A program made the position numbers and the translations under genes. This document shows, one piece after another, positions 8,846-18,606 of a stretch of DNA of 33,244 nt. The first letter of the stretch is position 1; each line of letters begins with the position of its first letter. Below the pieces are notes generated by a model. That model ran no database searches. It saw only the letters and a program-made list of their open reading frames with translations, and was not told where the DNA came from. Origin of the DNA: Candidatus Latescibacterota bacterium (GTDB taxonomy: Bacteria; Latescibacterota; Latescibacteria; Latescibacterales; Latescibacteraceae); contig JABHYP010000199.1 of assembly GCA_018656855.1 (NCBI GenBank), positions 1 through 33,244 on the forward strand, given 5' to 3'.

Positions 8846-10066
8846 ATGATGAAGACGATATCAATAATTAATCAACCAATCAATAATCGCGGTGATCAAG
8901 CAGCGCATAAGTCGTTTGTTAAATTATTAAGTGATAATGGTTTTGATGTAAATGTTTTGTTTATAGGCAACAAAGAAAATTATTACCCTTTTTGTAAGGG
9001 CATTTCAGGTGCTAAGTATCAATATTTTGCAAAAAGGGTAAGGGGAATAGGCACGATACTGAAACAATTGTCGAGATATCCAGCCCTATTCAAACTTTCA
9101 AGGTTCCTGCCGGGTTATAAAGATTTTATGCAGCATATTAGAGAATCTGATTTAGTTGTATGTGCGCCTGGTGGAGTATGCATGGGGCCTTATAAATCTT
9201 GGTCTCATCTTATTAATTTAGACATAGCTCTATCTAATAACGGGAATGTTGCTATTTGGGGTAGATCGATAGGCCCTTTTATAGACAAGACTCCTTCTGA
9301 TAAGCTGTTCTTTGAGAAATCAAAAGAAATATTAAGGCAGGTGGGTTTTATTTCGTTGCGGGACCTTAGTAGCCAGAATATTTTATCTTCAATGGGTCTT
9401 GACTATATCCCAACACTCGATACTGCTTTTGCTAATACTCCAGAAGTTGATCTCCCGCAAGAACTATCCTATCTTCAAGACGAAAAATACATTGTGTTTG
9501 TGCCAAATGAATTGTATGCTTGGCATCCAATATTTAAAAAAACTAATCATCAAAAGATGGATTCCTTATATTTAGATATTGCTAGAAAGATCACGTCTTT
9601 AGGCTACAAAATAGTAATGCTCCCACAACTTTTTAATCGCGGGACTAAAGGGGATTATTATTATTTTAGGAACTTGGAATCGCAATCAGATTTGCCCGGT
9701 ATTAAGGTTATATCTGAAGAATTTGATTGTGATATACAGCAAGCTATCATCAGGAATGCAAAAGCTGTTGTTGGTGCTCGTTATCATTCTATTATTTTTG
9801 CCATCAACAACTTAATTCCGTTCCTATGCCTATCGTATGAGCAAAAAATGCATTATACTTTGCGGATGCTTCATCTTGATAGTTATTCTGTCGATTTAAA
9901 GGATATTGTAGAGAATAATAAGAAGGATGTTGTGTATGCAAAAATTGAAAGTATTATAGAGCAAAATGAACAAATAAGAACGGTCTTGCATAAACAACGA
10001 GATGTTGCACGAAACATACTTTCTGATGCATTCGATGAGTTCTTGAAATACTCTTCAAATATTTAG
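8846..10066 (+). CDS. Polysaccharide pyruvyl transferase family protein (WcaK/CsaB-like)
   Basis: N-terminal NRGDQAAH motif, CAPGG motif, and a late ARYHSIIFA block typical of PS_pyruv_trans. The track ORF (8744, TTG) includes the upstream remnant; the ATG ATG at 8846/8849 is the likely start. Confidence 0.75.
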   Translation: MMKTISIINQPINNRGDQAAHKSFVKLLSDNGFDVNVLFIGNKENYYPFCKGISGAKYQYFAKRVRGIGTILKQLSRYPALFKLSRFLPGYKDFMQHIRESDLVVCAPGGVCMGPYKSWSHLINLDIALSNNGNVAIWGRSIGPFIDKTPSDKLFFEKSKEILRQVGFISLRDLSSQNILSSMGLDYIPTLDTAFANTPEVDLPQELSYLQDEKYIVFVPNELYAWHPIFKKTNHQKMDSLYLDIARKITSLGYKIVMLPQLFNRGTKGDYYYFRNLESQSDLPGIKVISEEFDCDIQQAIIRNAKAVVGARYHSIIFAINNLIPFLCLSYEQKMHYTLRMLHLDSYSVDLKDIVENNKKDVVYAKIESIIEQNEQIRTVLHKQRDVARNILSDAFDEFLKYSSNI

Positions 10067-10099
10067 CTCATGGCAATCCGAATATTCGAGGATTTAATA

Positions 10100-11629
10100 A
10101 TGAGTACTAATAAACTTTATTTAAACAGTGTTACAACTGTCAGTTCAAAGTTTTTTAGCGCATTGGTGCAGATACTATGCCTGCCGATCCTGATCAAAGT
10201 GTACGGTAAAGGCGAATATGGATTGATTGTAATTGCTCTGTTTTTGAACACATTCATTGCTATATTGCAATTTGGAATACCTTCAGGGATGCTGAAGTTT
10301 GTTGCGGAATGGATTGCTAAAGGTCAGAAACAAGAAATGGTGAAGGCGACAAGGACAGTGACTACTTTCTATTTGGTTATCGCCTTAATAAATGTTGTCA
10401 TTATCTTATCAATCAGATATTTCTTTATCGACATGTTTAAGATTCATCCAGAGCAGATGGTCATTCTGGGATCTCTCCTTATCGTTACGGCTGTTGCTTC
10501 ATTTGTGTCAATACCAGTAGGTTTAATAGATCAGTTACTTTCTGGTGTTCAAGAAATAGCATTTATTGCAAAAATGCAGATGATTAAAAACGCGATATAC
10601 GCGAGTCTTGTTTTTTATATATTTCTGAATCCTCAGAAATTATCAATCGTTGAGTATTATATCCTAAATGTGATAATTATGTTCAGTATGGTGCCTGTAA
10701 AATTGATGAGATGGACTCGGCATTCATCGCTTAGAGTATTCATTCCTGGATGGAATTTCAAGTCAATTTTTCCGTTGCTCAAATACTGCTCCTCCCTCTT
10801 GGTGTTAGCAGTATTTATTATACTTGCTGATAAGCTCACACCCATGATCATGAGTGTGAGGGTATCTGCAAACGCTGCAGAACACATGACGGACTATCAA
10901 ATCATCAACAATGTTAGGATGTTCATTATGATGATAGGCAGTTCATTTTTTATGACTCTAGTGCCCTACGTGTCCCATGAGTTTGCTAAAGGCAACACAC
11001 ATGTTTACAAAAAGACTATTCAGCATGCCACGAAGCCCGTTTGGGCGGTTGGCGCTTTGATTGGTTTCGGCGTCATCTTGCTCTCCAAGGAACTCTTGAC
11101 GATCTATGTGGGAGTAGAGAATCTCTATTTGCATAAATGGCTAATCCTACTTGTAGCAAGTGTTATTTATAATCTCTATAATCCGTGCATATCTTCTGTT
11201 ATTATAGCTTCTGGACGGACTCTGCCACTCGTGGCGATCAGTGGATGTGCCTGTCTTGTTTCATTGGTTGCGTGTTGGATGTTGTGTCCAGTTACGGCAA
11301 TTGGAGCTATCGTCATTGCTAATGTTATCTACACAGGCATAGCGTTTTTGGGTTCTCATTTTTATTATCTACCGAAATGTTTTGGGGTATCTCCAATAGA
11401 GCAAATTATGAAGGTGTTATTACCGCCTGTTCTTTCTGGGTTAATAATGCTGTTCAGTGTTCGATACTTGCTCGATTGGTTAGATATAGCATCTCCATTC
11501 GTAACCATAGTAATTGGCGCCATAACAGGATTTGTTGTCTATTCGCTGGTAATACTTACAATATACATTAAGCCGGTTGATGCTATGTTACTAATAAACA
11601 AAGTGAAGAAGAATAGGACAGATAACTGA
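10100..11629 (+). CDS. wzx: Oligosaccharide flippase (Wzx-like, MOP/polysaccharide biosynthesis protein family)
   Basis: About 12-14 predicted hydrophobic helices across roughly 500 aa, in the usual position within a Wzy-dependent locus. GAGGA lies upstream of the ATG at 10100 (track start 10070). Confidence 0.75.
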   Translation: MSTNKLYLNSVTTVSSKFFSALVQILCLPILIKVYGKGEYGLIVIALFLNTFIAILQFGIPSGMLKFVAEWIAKGQKQEMVKATRTVTTFYLVIALINVVIILSIRYFFIDMFKIHPEQMVILGSLLIVTAVASFVSIPVGLIDQLLSGVQEIAFIAKMQMIKNAIYASLVFYIFLNPQKLSIVEYYILNVIIMFSMVPVKLMRWTRHSSLRVFIPGWNFKSIFPLLKYCSSLLVLAVFIILADKLTPMIMSVRVSANAAEHMTDYQIINNVRMFIMMIGSSFFMTLVPYVSHEFAKGNTHVYKKTIQHATKPVWAVGALIGFGVILLSKELLTIYVGVENLYLHKWLILLVASVIYNLYNPCISSVIIASGRTLPLVAISGCACLVSLVACWMLCPVTAIGAIVIANVIYTGIAFLGSHFYYLPKCFGVSPIEQIMKVLLPPVLSGLIMLFSVRYLLDWLDIASPFVTIVIGAITGFVVYSLVILTIYIKPVDAMLLINKVKKNRTDN

Positions 11630-11676
11630 ATGTATCCACTATGTTCTGACGACGTACAAAAGGAGAAAAATACACG

Positions 11677-12735
11677 ATGAACCGACAACATATCATTAAC
11701 CAGAAAGGCGAGATTGAATTTAGAAAAAATCTGTATTTACAGCAAGTTGAAGGAAAGACAATATTTCATGACGAGTTTGATACACATGGTATTGAAACCA
11801 TTCTGCAAAAGAGAATGAACAATACTCTGCAACAGATGACTGAATTGAAGGAAAAACGGATCACATTATCCCCCTATATTGAAATCGGTGCAGAACGGCG
11901 CCAACGATCGCTCGTTATGGAAAATGATCTTTCGGTGAATGGTGCCGCAGTGGATATTTCATTTGATATGCTGAAAAGTTGCGAATACTACAAAAAAGTT
12001 TTTAATAAAAGCAAATCTCCATTAAGAATATGTTGCGACGCAAACAATTTACCGTTTATGTCTCATTCCATTCCCTTTATTTTTTGTTACGAAACACTTC
12101 ATCATTTCCCCCAACCTACTCCAGTTACCCAGGAAATATTCAGAGTGCTGTCACCTGGGGGGCGTTTTTTCTTCGATGAGGAACCTTTTAAGCAGGTTTT
12201 CCATTTCAGTCTCTACAAGGGAAAGAAAATATACTCGAATCATTCATTAGAAAGAAGTAAGATAAAAAAGATTCTCGACTATTTTTTCAGTGTCAAGACA
12301 TGTAATGAAGTCGAGTATGGTATTATCGAAAACGATGATATATCTCTGAGAACGTGGAAGCAGGCGTTACAAATTTTTCAAGAAAAAGAAATCTATTTGA
12401 GGAAAAGAAAATTCCAAGTAAATTTATACAATCCCGATTCTTATTTTGCATATTTTGCCGCGTACTTGCTAGGTGGTATTGTTTCTGGTGTTTGCACGAA
12501 GACGGGAAGTATTGGTAATGGTAACCTTTCGATATATAATGCTCTCATTTGTCCTTCATGTGGCGAATCAGGTGATGAACAGCCGGTGGAGATAAACAAT
12601 GACTCTTTTCAATGTATAAGATGTTCGAAAACATATCCCATTATAAATGATGTGGTGTTTCTTTTTTCGTATAAGAAACTTGAAGAACTCTACCCGGATA
12701 TATTCAATACTATCTTGAATAATACATCAAAATGA
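11677..12735 (+). CDS. Class I SAM-dependent methyltransferase with a C-terminal Trm112-like zinc ribbon
   Basis: Methyltransf_11-like block CCDANNLPFMSHSIPFIFCYETLHHFPQP...IFRVLSPGGRFFFDEEP. The C-terminus has CPSCG...FQCIRCSKTYPIINDVVFL. AGGAG SD present. Confidence 0.8.
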   Translation: MNRQHIINQKGEIEFRKNLYLQQVEGKTIFHDEFDTHGIETILQKRMNNTLQQMTELKEKRITLSPYIEIGAERRQRSLVMENDLSVNGAAVDISFDMLKSCEYYKKVFNKSKSPLRICCDANNLPFMSHSIPFIFCYETLHHFPQPTPVTQEIFRVLSPGGRFFFDEEPFKQVFHFSLYKGKKIYSNHSLERSKIKKILDYFFSVKTCNEVEYGIIENDDISLRTWKQALQIFQEKEIYLRKRKFQVNLYNPDSYFAYFAAYLLGGIVSGVCTKTGSIGNGNLSIYNALICPSCGESGDEQPVEINNDSFQCIRCSKTYPIINDVVFLFSYKKLEELYPDIFNTILNNTSK

Positions 12736-12939
12736 CGCTGCTCACTTTTCAACTGCCCGTTGTATTGTTTTGGGGAAGATGTGGATCTGTACGCATCAAT
12801 GATAGAATACCTTTCACTAATTATGGAATTTTGCGCTGGCAGCTTGAAGCCTATACAGCCAGAAGAAGAATGTAGAAAATTCGCTATAAAAAATAGTTGG
12901 AGTCAGAGGGTCAAAGACATTATTAATATTATCAATTAA
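12732..12939 (+). pseudogene. Possible glycosyltransferase remnant (start codon plus C-terminal tail, internally deleted or frameshifted)
   Basis: The ATG overlaps the methyltransferase stop (ATGA at 12732-12735). The tail frame reads ...EDVDLYASMIEYL...EEECRKFAIKNSWSQRVKDIINIIN*, which resembles GT4 C-termini (...a.enfsW......). Too short to be a functional enzyme. Confidence 0.3.
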
Positions 12940-12993
12940 AGCTGATAAGTTTCTGCTTATTAGCCAAAATTACTCGATAAAAGAGATTAAGAT

Positions 12994-14328
12994 TTGCTGA
13001 CAAAAAATCGGTTATTTTTTTTTAATAAACCTTATAAAATTAAATTAAGTTGGAAAAATCTAACCAGCTTTAGTTTAGTATTGCTATTTCTTCCTGAATT
13101 TATACATCCTGAAGGTAATATTCTTCATTATATTTGCTATTTTGTTGCGGCAGTGATGTTGATGACAGGATTAGTCAGATGTCGGAATTTAACCAGAGAA
13201 GAAAAAACATTTCTATTGCCTTTAGTTTTTCTATTTTTAATTGGATCATTCCACTCTGGTTCAGACAAATTTAATTATTATAAAGACATGTGGTATTTTT
13301 CAAAACCAGTATTGTTTATCGGAGCGGGTATAATTGCACAGAAAACCGGGATAAAAAGAAATTATTTTCTGGGGATGATATTATATTTTTCACTTGCGCT
13401 TTCTTTGAAACATATCTGCTTTTTTTTATTAATGCCACAACTTCTTGCTGAATCATTGATGCAAATCAGAGAAGTGGCGGGAGGTGGGAATTTACTAATT
13501 GCATTCAGTGTGGCGTACATATCCAGGAGAAAAAGATTTCTTGAAGTAAAGAATTTTCTTAACATCCCAAGGTTAGCTCTTTTGCTAATTCTATATTCAT
13601 CGATGCTTTTGTCCTGGTCCAGGACGATTTTTGCCGTTTATTTAATAACGATGATTTTTCTTGAGCGAATTTATGATATCAAATATATTAAACGGAGTAT
13701 TGGTACTATAGCATTTGTCGGCGCATTACTTGTGTGTGTATTTTTGTTTCTGAATTCAACACCAATGAGAGCAAATATAGAAGAGATTACTCGAAAAATA
13801 TTTAGCTCTTATTCTGAAATCCTTGTCAGCAGTAAATACACAAATACTGGGGAAATTTCAAACTGGCGGGGATACGAAACTGCACTGGCCATTAACAAAA
13901 TTGCCAATGGATCTATAGGAGATCAGATATGGGGTTATGGATTTGGAGCGACAGTATTTATCGGATTTGATGACATTTTAGGATTTGGTATATACGATAT
14001 CCCTTTGTTACATAATGGTTTCATCCACATTGCTTTAAAAACCGGATATTTAGGTGTGTTGCTATATATTGGATTCTTTTTTAACTTAATGAAAATTATC
14101 CGCAAGCATAAATTTATTGGTGATGCTACAGGTGATTTACTTGCCGGCATTCTTATGTCATCATTTTTTACTACTTTAGTTATAACGGGCTACTATAATA
14201 AATCTGCTTTAAATTCGACATGTATTATAAGTGGATATTTATTAAGCTGGATCATTAATAACAGGCGAATGAGTATTCAATCCACTTCAAAAAATAATCC
14301 TTATGTCGCTTATAATCGTTCAGAGTAA
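12994..14328 (+). CDS. wzy: O-antigen polymerase/ligase family membrane protein (Wzy-like, Wzy_C domain)
   Basis: About 10-12 hydrophobic helices. LLSWSRTIFAVYLITM resembles the Wzy_C core, and there is a large loop before the last helices. The start is uncertain (the track uses TTG at 12994). Confidence 0.7.
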   Translation: MLTKNRLFFFNKPYKIKLSWKNLTSFSLVLLFLPEFIHPEGNILHYICYFVAAVMLMTGLVRCRNLTREEKTFLLPLVFLFLIGSFHSGSDKFNYYKDMWYFSKPVLFIGAGIIAQKTGIKRNYFLGMILYFSLALSLKHICFFLLMPQLLAESLMQIREVAGGGNLLIAFSVAYISRRKRFLEVKNFLNIPRLALLLILYSSMLLSWSRTIFAVYLITMIFLERIYDIKYIKRSIGTIAFVGALLVCVFLFLNSTPMRANIEEITRKIFSSYSEILVSSKYTNTGEISNWRGYETALAINKIANGSIGDQIWGYGFGATVFIGFDDILGFGIYDIPLLHNGFIHIALKTGYLGVLLYIGFFFNLMKIIRKHKFIGDATGDLLAGILMSSFFTTLVITGYYNKSALNSTCIISGYLLSWIINNRRMSIQSTSKNNPYVAYNRSE

Positions 14329-14407
14329 TATGAAATATTTATGTAACACCAGCCTTCATAAAAAAAGATTTGTCGAAAACAAGTTGTCATGATTAAGCAA
14401 GATATTC

Positions 14408-15334
14408 ATGCAAATATTTCCTGTATTGGCGGAAAAAGTGAATGAATTAGTTGGTGTAGTTATCGTTAACTTTCAAAATTATTGGGATACAATCGATTTT
14501 GTATCTAATCAACTGTTTAAGCAGAAAGACATTAAATTAAAAATTGCTATAGTAGATAATGCGTCACCCAATGATAGTTTCGATGTATTGGCAAGAGAAT
14601 TTGAAGGTATAAACAATGTGGAAGTTCTTCAATCAAAAGAGAATAGAGGTTATTCTTCGGGGAATAATATTGGCATAAGGTACCTTCTTAAGAGCCGTGA
14701 ATGTAGTTATATAATAATAGCTAACAATGACATTTCATTTAGTGACCCGGCATTGATAAGAAAATTGGTCCAAAAATACCATAAGCTCAGTCATGTGGCA
14801 TTATGGGCACCCATGATGTCTAATAAAAATGTTATTTGTAAAAATTCAGCGTGGAGACTGCCATCAGTAATGTCAGAAGTACTGAGTTCCACCTTTTGTC
14901 TCACGAGCTTGTTTCGACGATATTTAAACAAATATTATTATGATTTAAGCGAACGCTCAAACCTAGAATTACCTGTTGATTGTCTTGCAGGATCTTTTTT
15001 CATGGGTACTACAGAGACATTTGAAAAAATTGGCTACTTTGATGAAGGCATTTTTCTATATTACGAAGAAATGATTCTGGGACATAAGGTAAAAAGGTTG
15101 CATTTGATCAACTATCTTGTCAAAGATCTTGCTTATAATCATAAGGGAGCGAGTTCCATTAACTTAAGTTATAATTTGAGTAATAAATATTCTATTCGCA
15201 ACTCAAGTAAGCTTTACTACTGGAGAAAATATCGCAGAAAGGGATTTCTTTTTCTTGTAATGATAAGAATACTTAATTATTTCAACATTCTGGAGATTCG
15301 AGCCTTGGGTCTTTTTCGGGCATTATTCAAATAA
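14408..15334 (+). CDS. Family 2 glycosyltransferase
   Basis: GVVIVNFQN...VDNASPNDS...ENRGYSSGNNIGIRY...IANND matches the GT2 N-terminal Rossmann/DXD region. Confidence 0.8.
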   Translation: MQIFPVLAEKVNELVGVVIVNFQNYWDTIDFVSNQLFKQKDIKLKIAIVDNASPNDSFDVLAREFEGINNVEVLQSKENRGYSSGNNIGIRYLLKSRECSYIIIANNDISFSDPALIRKLVQKYHKLSHVALWAPMMSNKNVICKNSAWRLPSVMSEVLSSTFCLTSLFRRYLNKYYYDLSERSNLELPVDCLAGSFFMGTTETFEKIGYFDEGIFLYYEEMILGHKVKRLHLINYLVKDLAYNHKGASSINLSYNLSNKYSIRNSSKLYYWRKYRRKGFLFLVMIRILNYFNILEIRALGLFRALFK

Positions 15335-15469
15335 TTACGTAAAACATATATATTTGAATTCTTTACATACTCAATGTTGTTTGGTTAACAATAGTAACAT
15401 CAATAAAATATTCTCAATCAAAGTCTTCAGATAGTGAATCCATTTGGTTCATATTTATTAGGATATTTC

Positions 15470-16570
15470 ATGAGAAAAATTAAATTGTTAGTTGATTGCC
15501 ATTATTTTGATACTTTCTTTTCAGGAGTAACAACATACATCAAAGGAATATATAATGAATTAGTGAAATATGAAGATGTGGAAATTTATTTGGTTTCAAA
15601 TAAAATTGACATTTTAGCTGAAAATTTTCCAGACAATCGGTTTAAATATATTGAATTAAAAAGTAGATCAAAATTGAAGAGACTTCTTTATGAGATCCCA
15701 ATGCTTTTAAAAAAATATGGAATTCATTATGCTCACTTTCAGTACTTAATCCCACCTATTAAAAGATGCAAATATATTGTTAATATTCATGATGTAATAT
15801 TTGAGGACTATGGACATTTGTTTCCATTAGGCTATCGAATAACTAGAAGTGCTTTATTCCGTTTCAGTGCTAAAAAGGCAGATATTTTGATTACTATTTC
15901 GGAATACTCCAGGCGGCAAATATCAACTCATTATAGTATTAATTATGATTCTATACTTGTGACTCCATGTGGTGTGCATGACAAATACTATGTGCCTGAA
16001 AATGAGAATGAGAAACACATAAAAGTTAATAAGGATCAATATCTCTTATATGTGAGTAGATTTGAACCGCGAAAGAACCATAAAACACTTATTGAGGCAT
16101 TTTTTGAGTTGAGGCTTTATGAACGCTTTTCCTTGATTTTGATAGGCAAGCATTGTATAGCAGATAGAGAACTACAAAGCACTTTAAATGGATTTCCTGA
16201 AGAAGTGAAAGCAAGAGTAAAGATAATTGAAAATGTAACTGAAGAGGAATTGATAGAGTATTATCGAAATTCCTCCTTATTTGTCTATCCGTCTATAGCA
16301 GAAGGTTTTGGGATTCCTCCTCTTGAGGCAATTATGTCCAATACAAAAGTCATATGTTCAAACGCAACTGCTATGAGTGACTTTAGTTTCTTGAATGGAT
16401 ACCAATTTGATCCATTAAATAAAGATATGTTAAAGAGGCTTATGTTAAAAACTATTGATGATGAGAACTACCCCTTTTCAAAAATGCAAGCCATAATTTG
16501 CCGCGAATATAATTGGAAAGTTGCGGCAAAGGTGATATTTGATGGAATAAAAAAAGATATAAATCGCTAG
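15470..16570 (+). CDS. Family 4 (GT-B, Glycos_transf_1) glycosyltransferase
   Basis: YVSRFEPRKNHKTLIEAF...LFVYPSIAEGFGIPPLEAIMSNTKVICSN carries the E-x7-E GT4 signature. The track ORF starts at a GTG at 15434; the ATG at 15470 (MRKIKLLVD) is more likely. Confidence 0.85.
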   Translation: MRKIKLLVDCHYFDTFFSGVTTYIKGIYNELVKYEDVEIYLVSNKIDILAENFPDNRFKYIELKSRSKLKRLLYEIPMLLKKYGIHYAHFQYLIPPIKRCKYIVNIHDVIFEDYGHLFPLGYRITRSALFRFSAKKADILITISEYSRRQISTHYSINYDSILVTPCGVHDKYYVPENENEKHIKVNKDQYLLYVSRFEPRKNHKTLIEAFFELRLYERFSLILIGKHCIADRELQSTLNGFPEEVKARVKIIENVTEEELIEYYRNSSLFVYPSIAEGFGIPPLEAIMSNTKVICSNATAMSDFSFLNGYQFDPLNKDMLKRLMLKTIDDENYPFSKMQAIICREYNWKVAAKVIFDGIKKDINR

Positions 16571-16625
16571 TATTAATTTTGGCATTATGTTTATAAAACA
16601 CTAAAAAATAGAATGAAAATGATTT

Positions 16626-17084
16626 ATGAATATTTCAACTAGAATTTGGATAATGGAGATTCTGTCAACAGTCGTGAGGTTGACTCGATCTTATTGGTAC
16701 CGAATTCAGGGGTACCGCAATATAGATAGAACTGCTATTCTTGAAAAACAGTTAAACCTGGATCGTGTAAATCCTCAGGGGATTCATATTGGTAAAAATT
16801 CACTTATTGCAAGCCGTGTAACTATATTATCTCATGACCATGTTAAGAGAGATAAAAGTAATCCTCGTATGCCCTTTATGATTGATACTTATATAGGAAA
16901 GAATTGTTTCATAGGAATAGGCGTAATTATTTTATCCGGTGTTAAAATCGGAGATGAAGTAGTTATTGGGGCAGGTTCTGTTGTAACAAAAAATATTCCT
17001 TCAAATGTTGTTGCTGCTGGCAATCCTGCAAGAGTAATTAAAGAAAACATTCACATGACTTCAAAGGCCACAATAGTATCCTGA
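16626..17084 (+). CDS. Hexapeptide-repeat (LbH) O-acetyltransferase, WcaF/maltose-acetyltransferase-like
   Basis: IGKNCFIGIGVIILSGVKIGDEVVIGAGSVVTKNIPSNVVAAGNPARVI contains hexapeptide repeats ending in the NPA motif. Confidence 0.8.
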   Translation: MNISTRIWIMEILSTVVRLTRSYWYRIQGYRNIDRTAILEKQLNLDRVNPQGIHIGKNSLIASRVTILSHDHVKRDKSNPRMPFMIDTYIGKNCFIGIGVIILSGVKIGDEVVIGAGSVVTKNIPSNVVAAGNPARVIKENIHMTSKATIVS

Positions 17085-17120
17085 ATATGTGGTACGAAAG
17101 TCGTGATTTAGGCGTAGAAT

Positions 17121-18218
17121 ATGGAGAGTAAAAAAGTAAAAGTAGCAATAATAGGAACACAAGGTATACCAAATCAGTATGGAGGGTTTGAGACATTGGT
17201 TGAATACCTTGCTAAGCATCTCTCTAATCGATTCGATATCACAATATTTTGCTCGTCGGTTGTTTATAAATCCCAAAAGAAAGAACTGTATGGATGTAAG
17301 TTAGAATATCTACCATTGAAAGCGAATGGAATCCAAAGTGTAGCTTATGATATTTTATCGATCCTGAAATCGGTAAATAAATACGATAAACTTCTTGTCT
17401 TGGGCGTTTCAGGTGGAATCATACTGCCTTTGTTAAGAATGTATAGAGATAAATTTGTTTTAAATTTTGGAGGACTTGATTGGCAACGAGATAAGTGGGG
17501 AAAGGCGGCAAAGAAATTTTTGAAGTTCTCCGAGAATCTTGCCGTAAGGAACTCAGGAACTCTAATAGCAGATAATCAAGGAATCCAAAATTATATTAGT
17601 AATACGTATAAGCAAGACAGCTTTTTGATTGAGTATGGGGGAAATCAAGCGGTTAAAGAGGTGATCGGTGATAGCGATATTGAAAAATATCCTTTTCTAA
17701 ACAATCAATATGCTATGAGTGTGGCCAGAATACAGCCTGATAACAATGTTCAGATGATACTTGAAGCGTTTTGTCAAAATACCATAATACCATTAGTCTT
17801 TATTGGGAACTGGAGTGCTAGTGCATATGGATGCAAAATGAAAAAGGAATTTAGTAATCAAAATAATATTTATCTTTTAGATGCAATTTATGATCAAAAA
17901 TATTTAGATGTGATAAGAAGTAATTGTGATTTATATGTACATGGTCATTCTGCTGGTGGTACAAACCCAACACTTGTAGAGGCGATGAGTCTTGGATTAC
18001 CGATATTTTGCTATTCTTCAGGCTTCAATGAGTTTACAACGGAACATAAGGCATTGTATTTTGAAGAGAAGGAACAATTAAAAGATCTGCTCAACAATAC
18101 TGATAAAAATACAATGATTAATATAGGTCGTGATATGAAGAATATTGCTGATCGAAGATATAAATGGCAGATTATTGTGGATAAGTATGCAGAATGCCTG
18201 AATAAGAGAACATCTTAA
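17121..18218 (+). CDS. DUF1972-containing GT4 glycosyltransferase (WchF/RgpA-like, a family rich in rhamnosyltransferases)
   Basis: The N-terminus KVAIIGTQGIPNQYGGFETLVEYLAKHL is the DUF1972 signature. The C-terminus has HGHSAGGTNPTLVEAMSLGLPI. Confidence 0.8.
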   Translation: MESKKVKVAIIGTQGIPNQYGGFETLVEYLAKHLSNRFDITIFCSSVVYKSQKKELYGCKLEYLPLKANGIQSVAYDILSILKSVNKYDKLLVLGVSGGIILPLLRMYRDKFVLNFGGLDWQRDKWGKAAKKFLKFSENLAVRNSGTLIADNQGIQNYISNTYKQDSFLIEYGGNQAVKEVIGDSDIEKYPFLNNQYAMSVARIQPDNNVQMILEAFCQNTIIPLVFIGNWSASAYGCKMKKEFSNQNNIYLLDAIYDQKYLDVIRSNCDLYVHGHSAGGTNPTLVEAMSLGLPIFCYSSGFNEFTTEHKALYFEEKEQLKDLLNNTDKNTMINIGRDMKNIADRRYKWQIIVDKYAECLNKRTS

Positions 18219-18606
18219 ACTTCGAGATTTCTAAAAGTATTTCAATGTTTATCAAGCATATACATTGTATAATTTATCTATAAATATGGAGAGTATGCTT
18301 GATAAAGAAGCTGGGATGGGTAATATTGATTTGTTAATAAGAAGGTGGGGAATTTTGACTACTCATAACTTTGAAATGGGGAATCTCGGATTAAATGCAT
18401 TGAGTCCTCTGCTATTTTGCGAAACGCTGTCAATCAAAGCCCCACATGATTCCAAATTCAACATTTAATTTGCATCTGAAAGATTATGAATGCAGATCCA
18501 ATAAACGAGTCCAAAATATCTATCGAATGTTATTCGAGGATTTTGAAATTATTCTTTGATCTAGTTTGTTTTTAAATATAACTCGTAATAGTTTATGGAG
18601 ATATCA

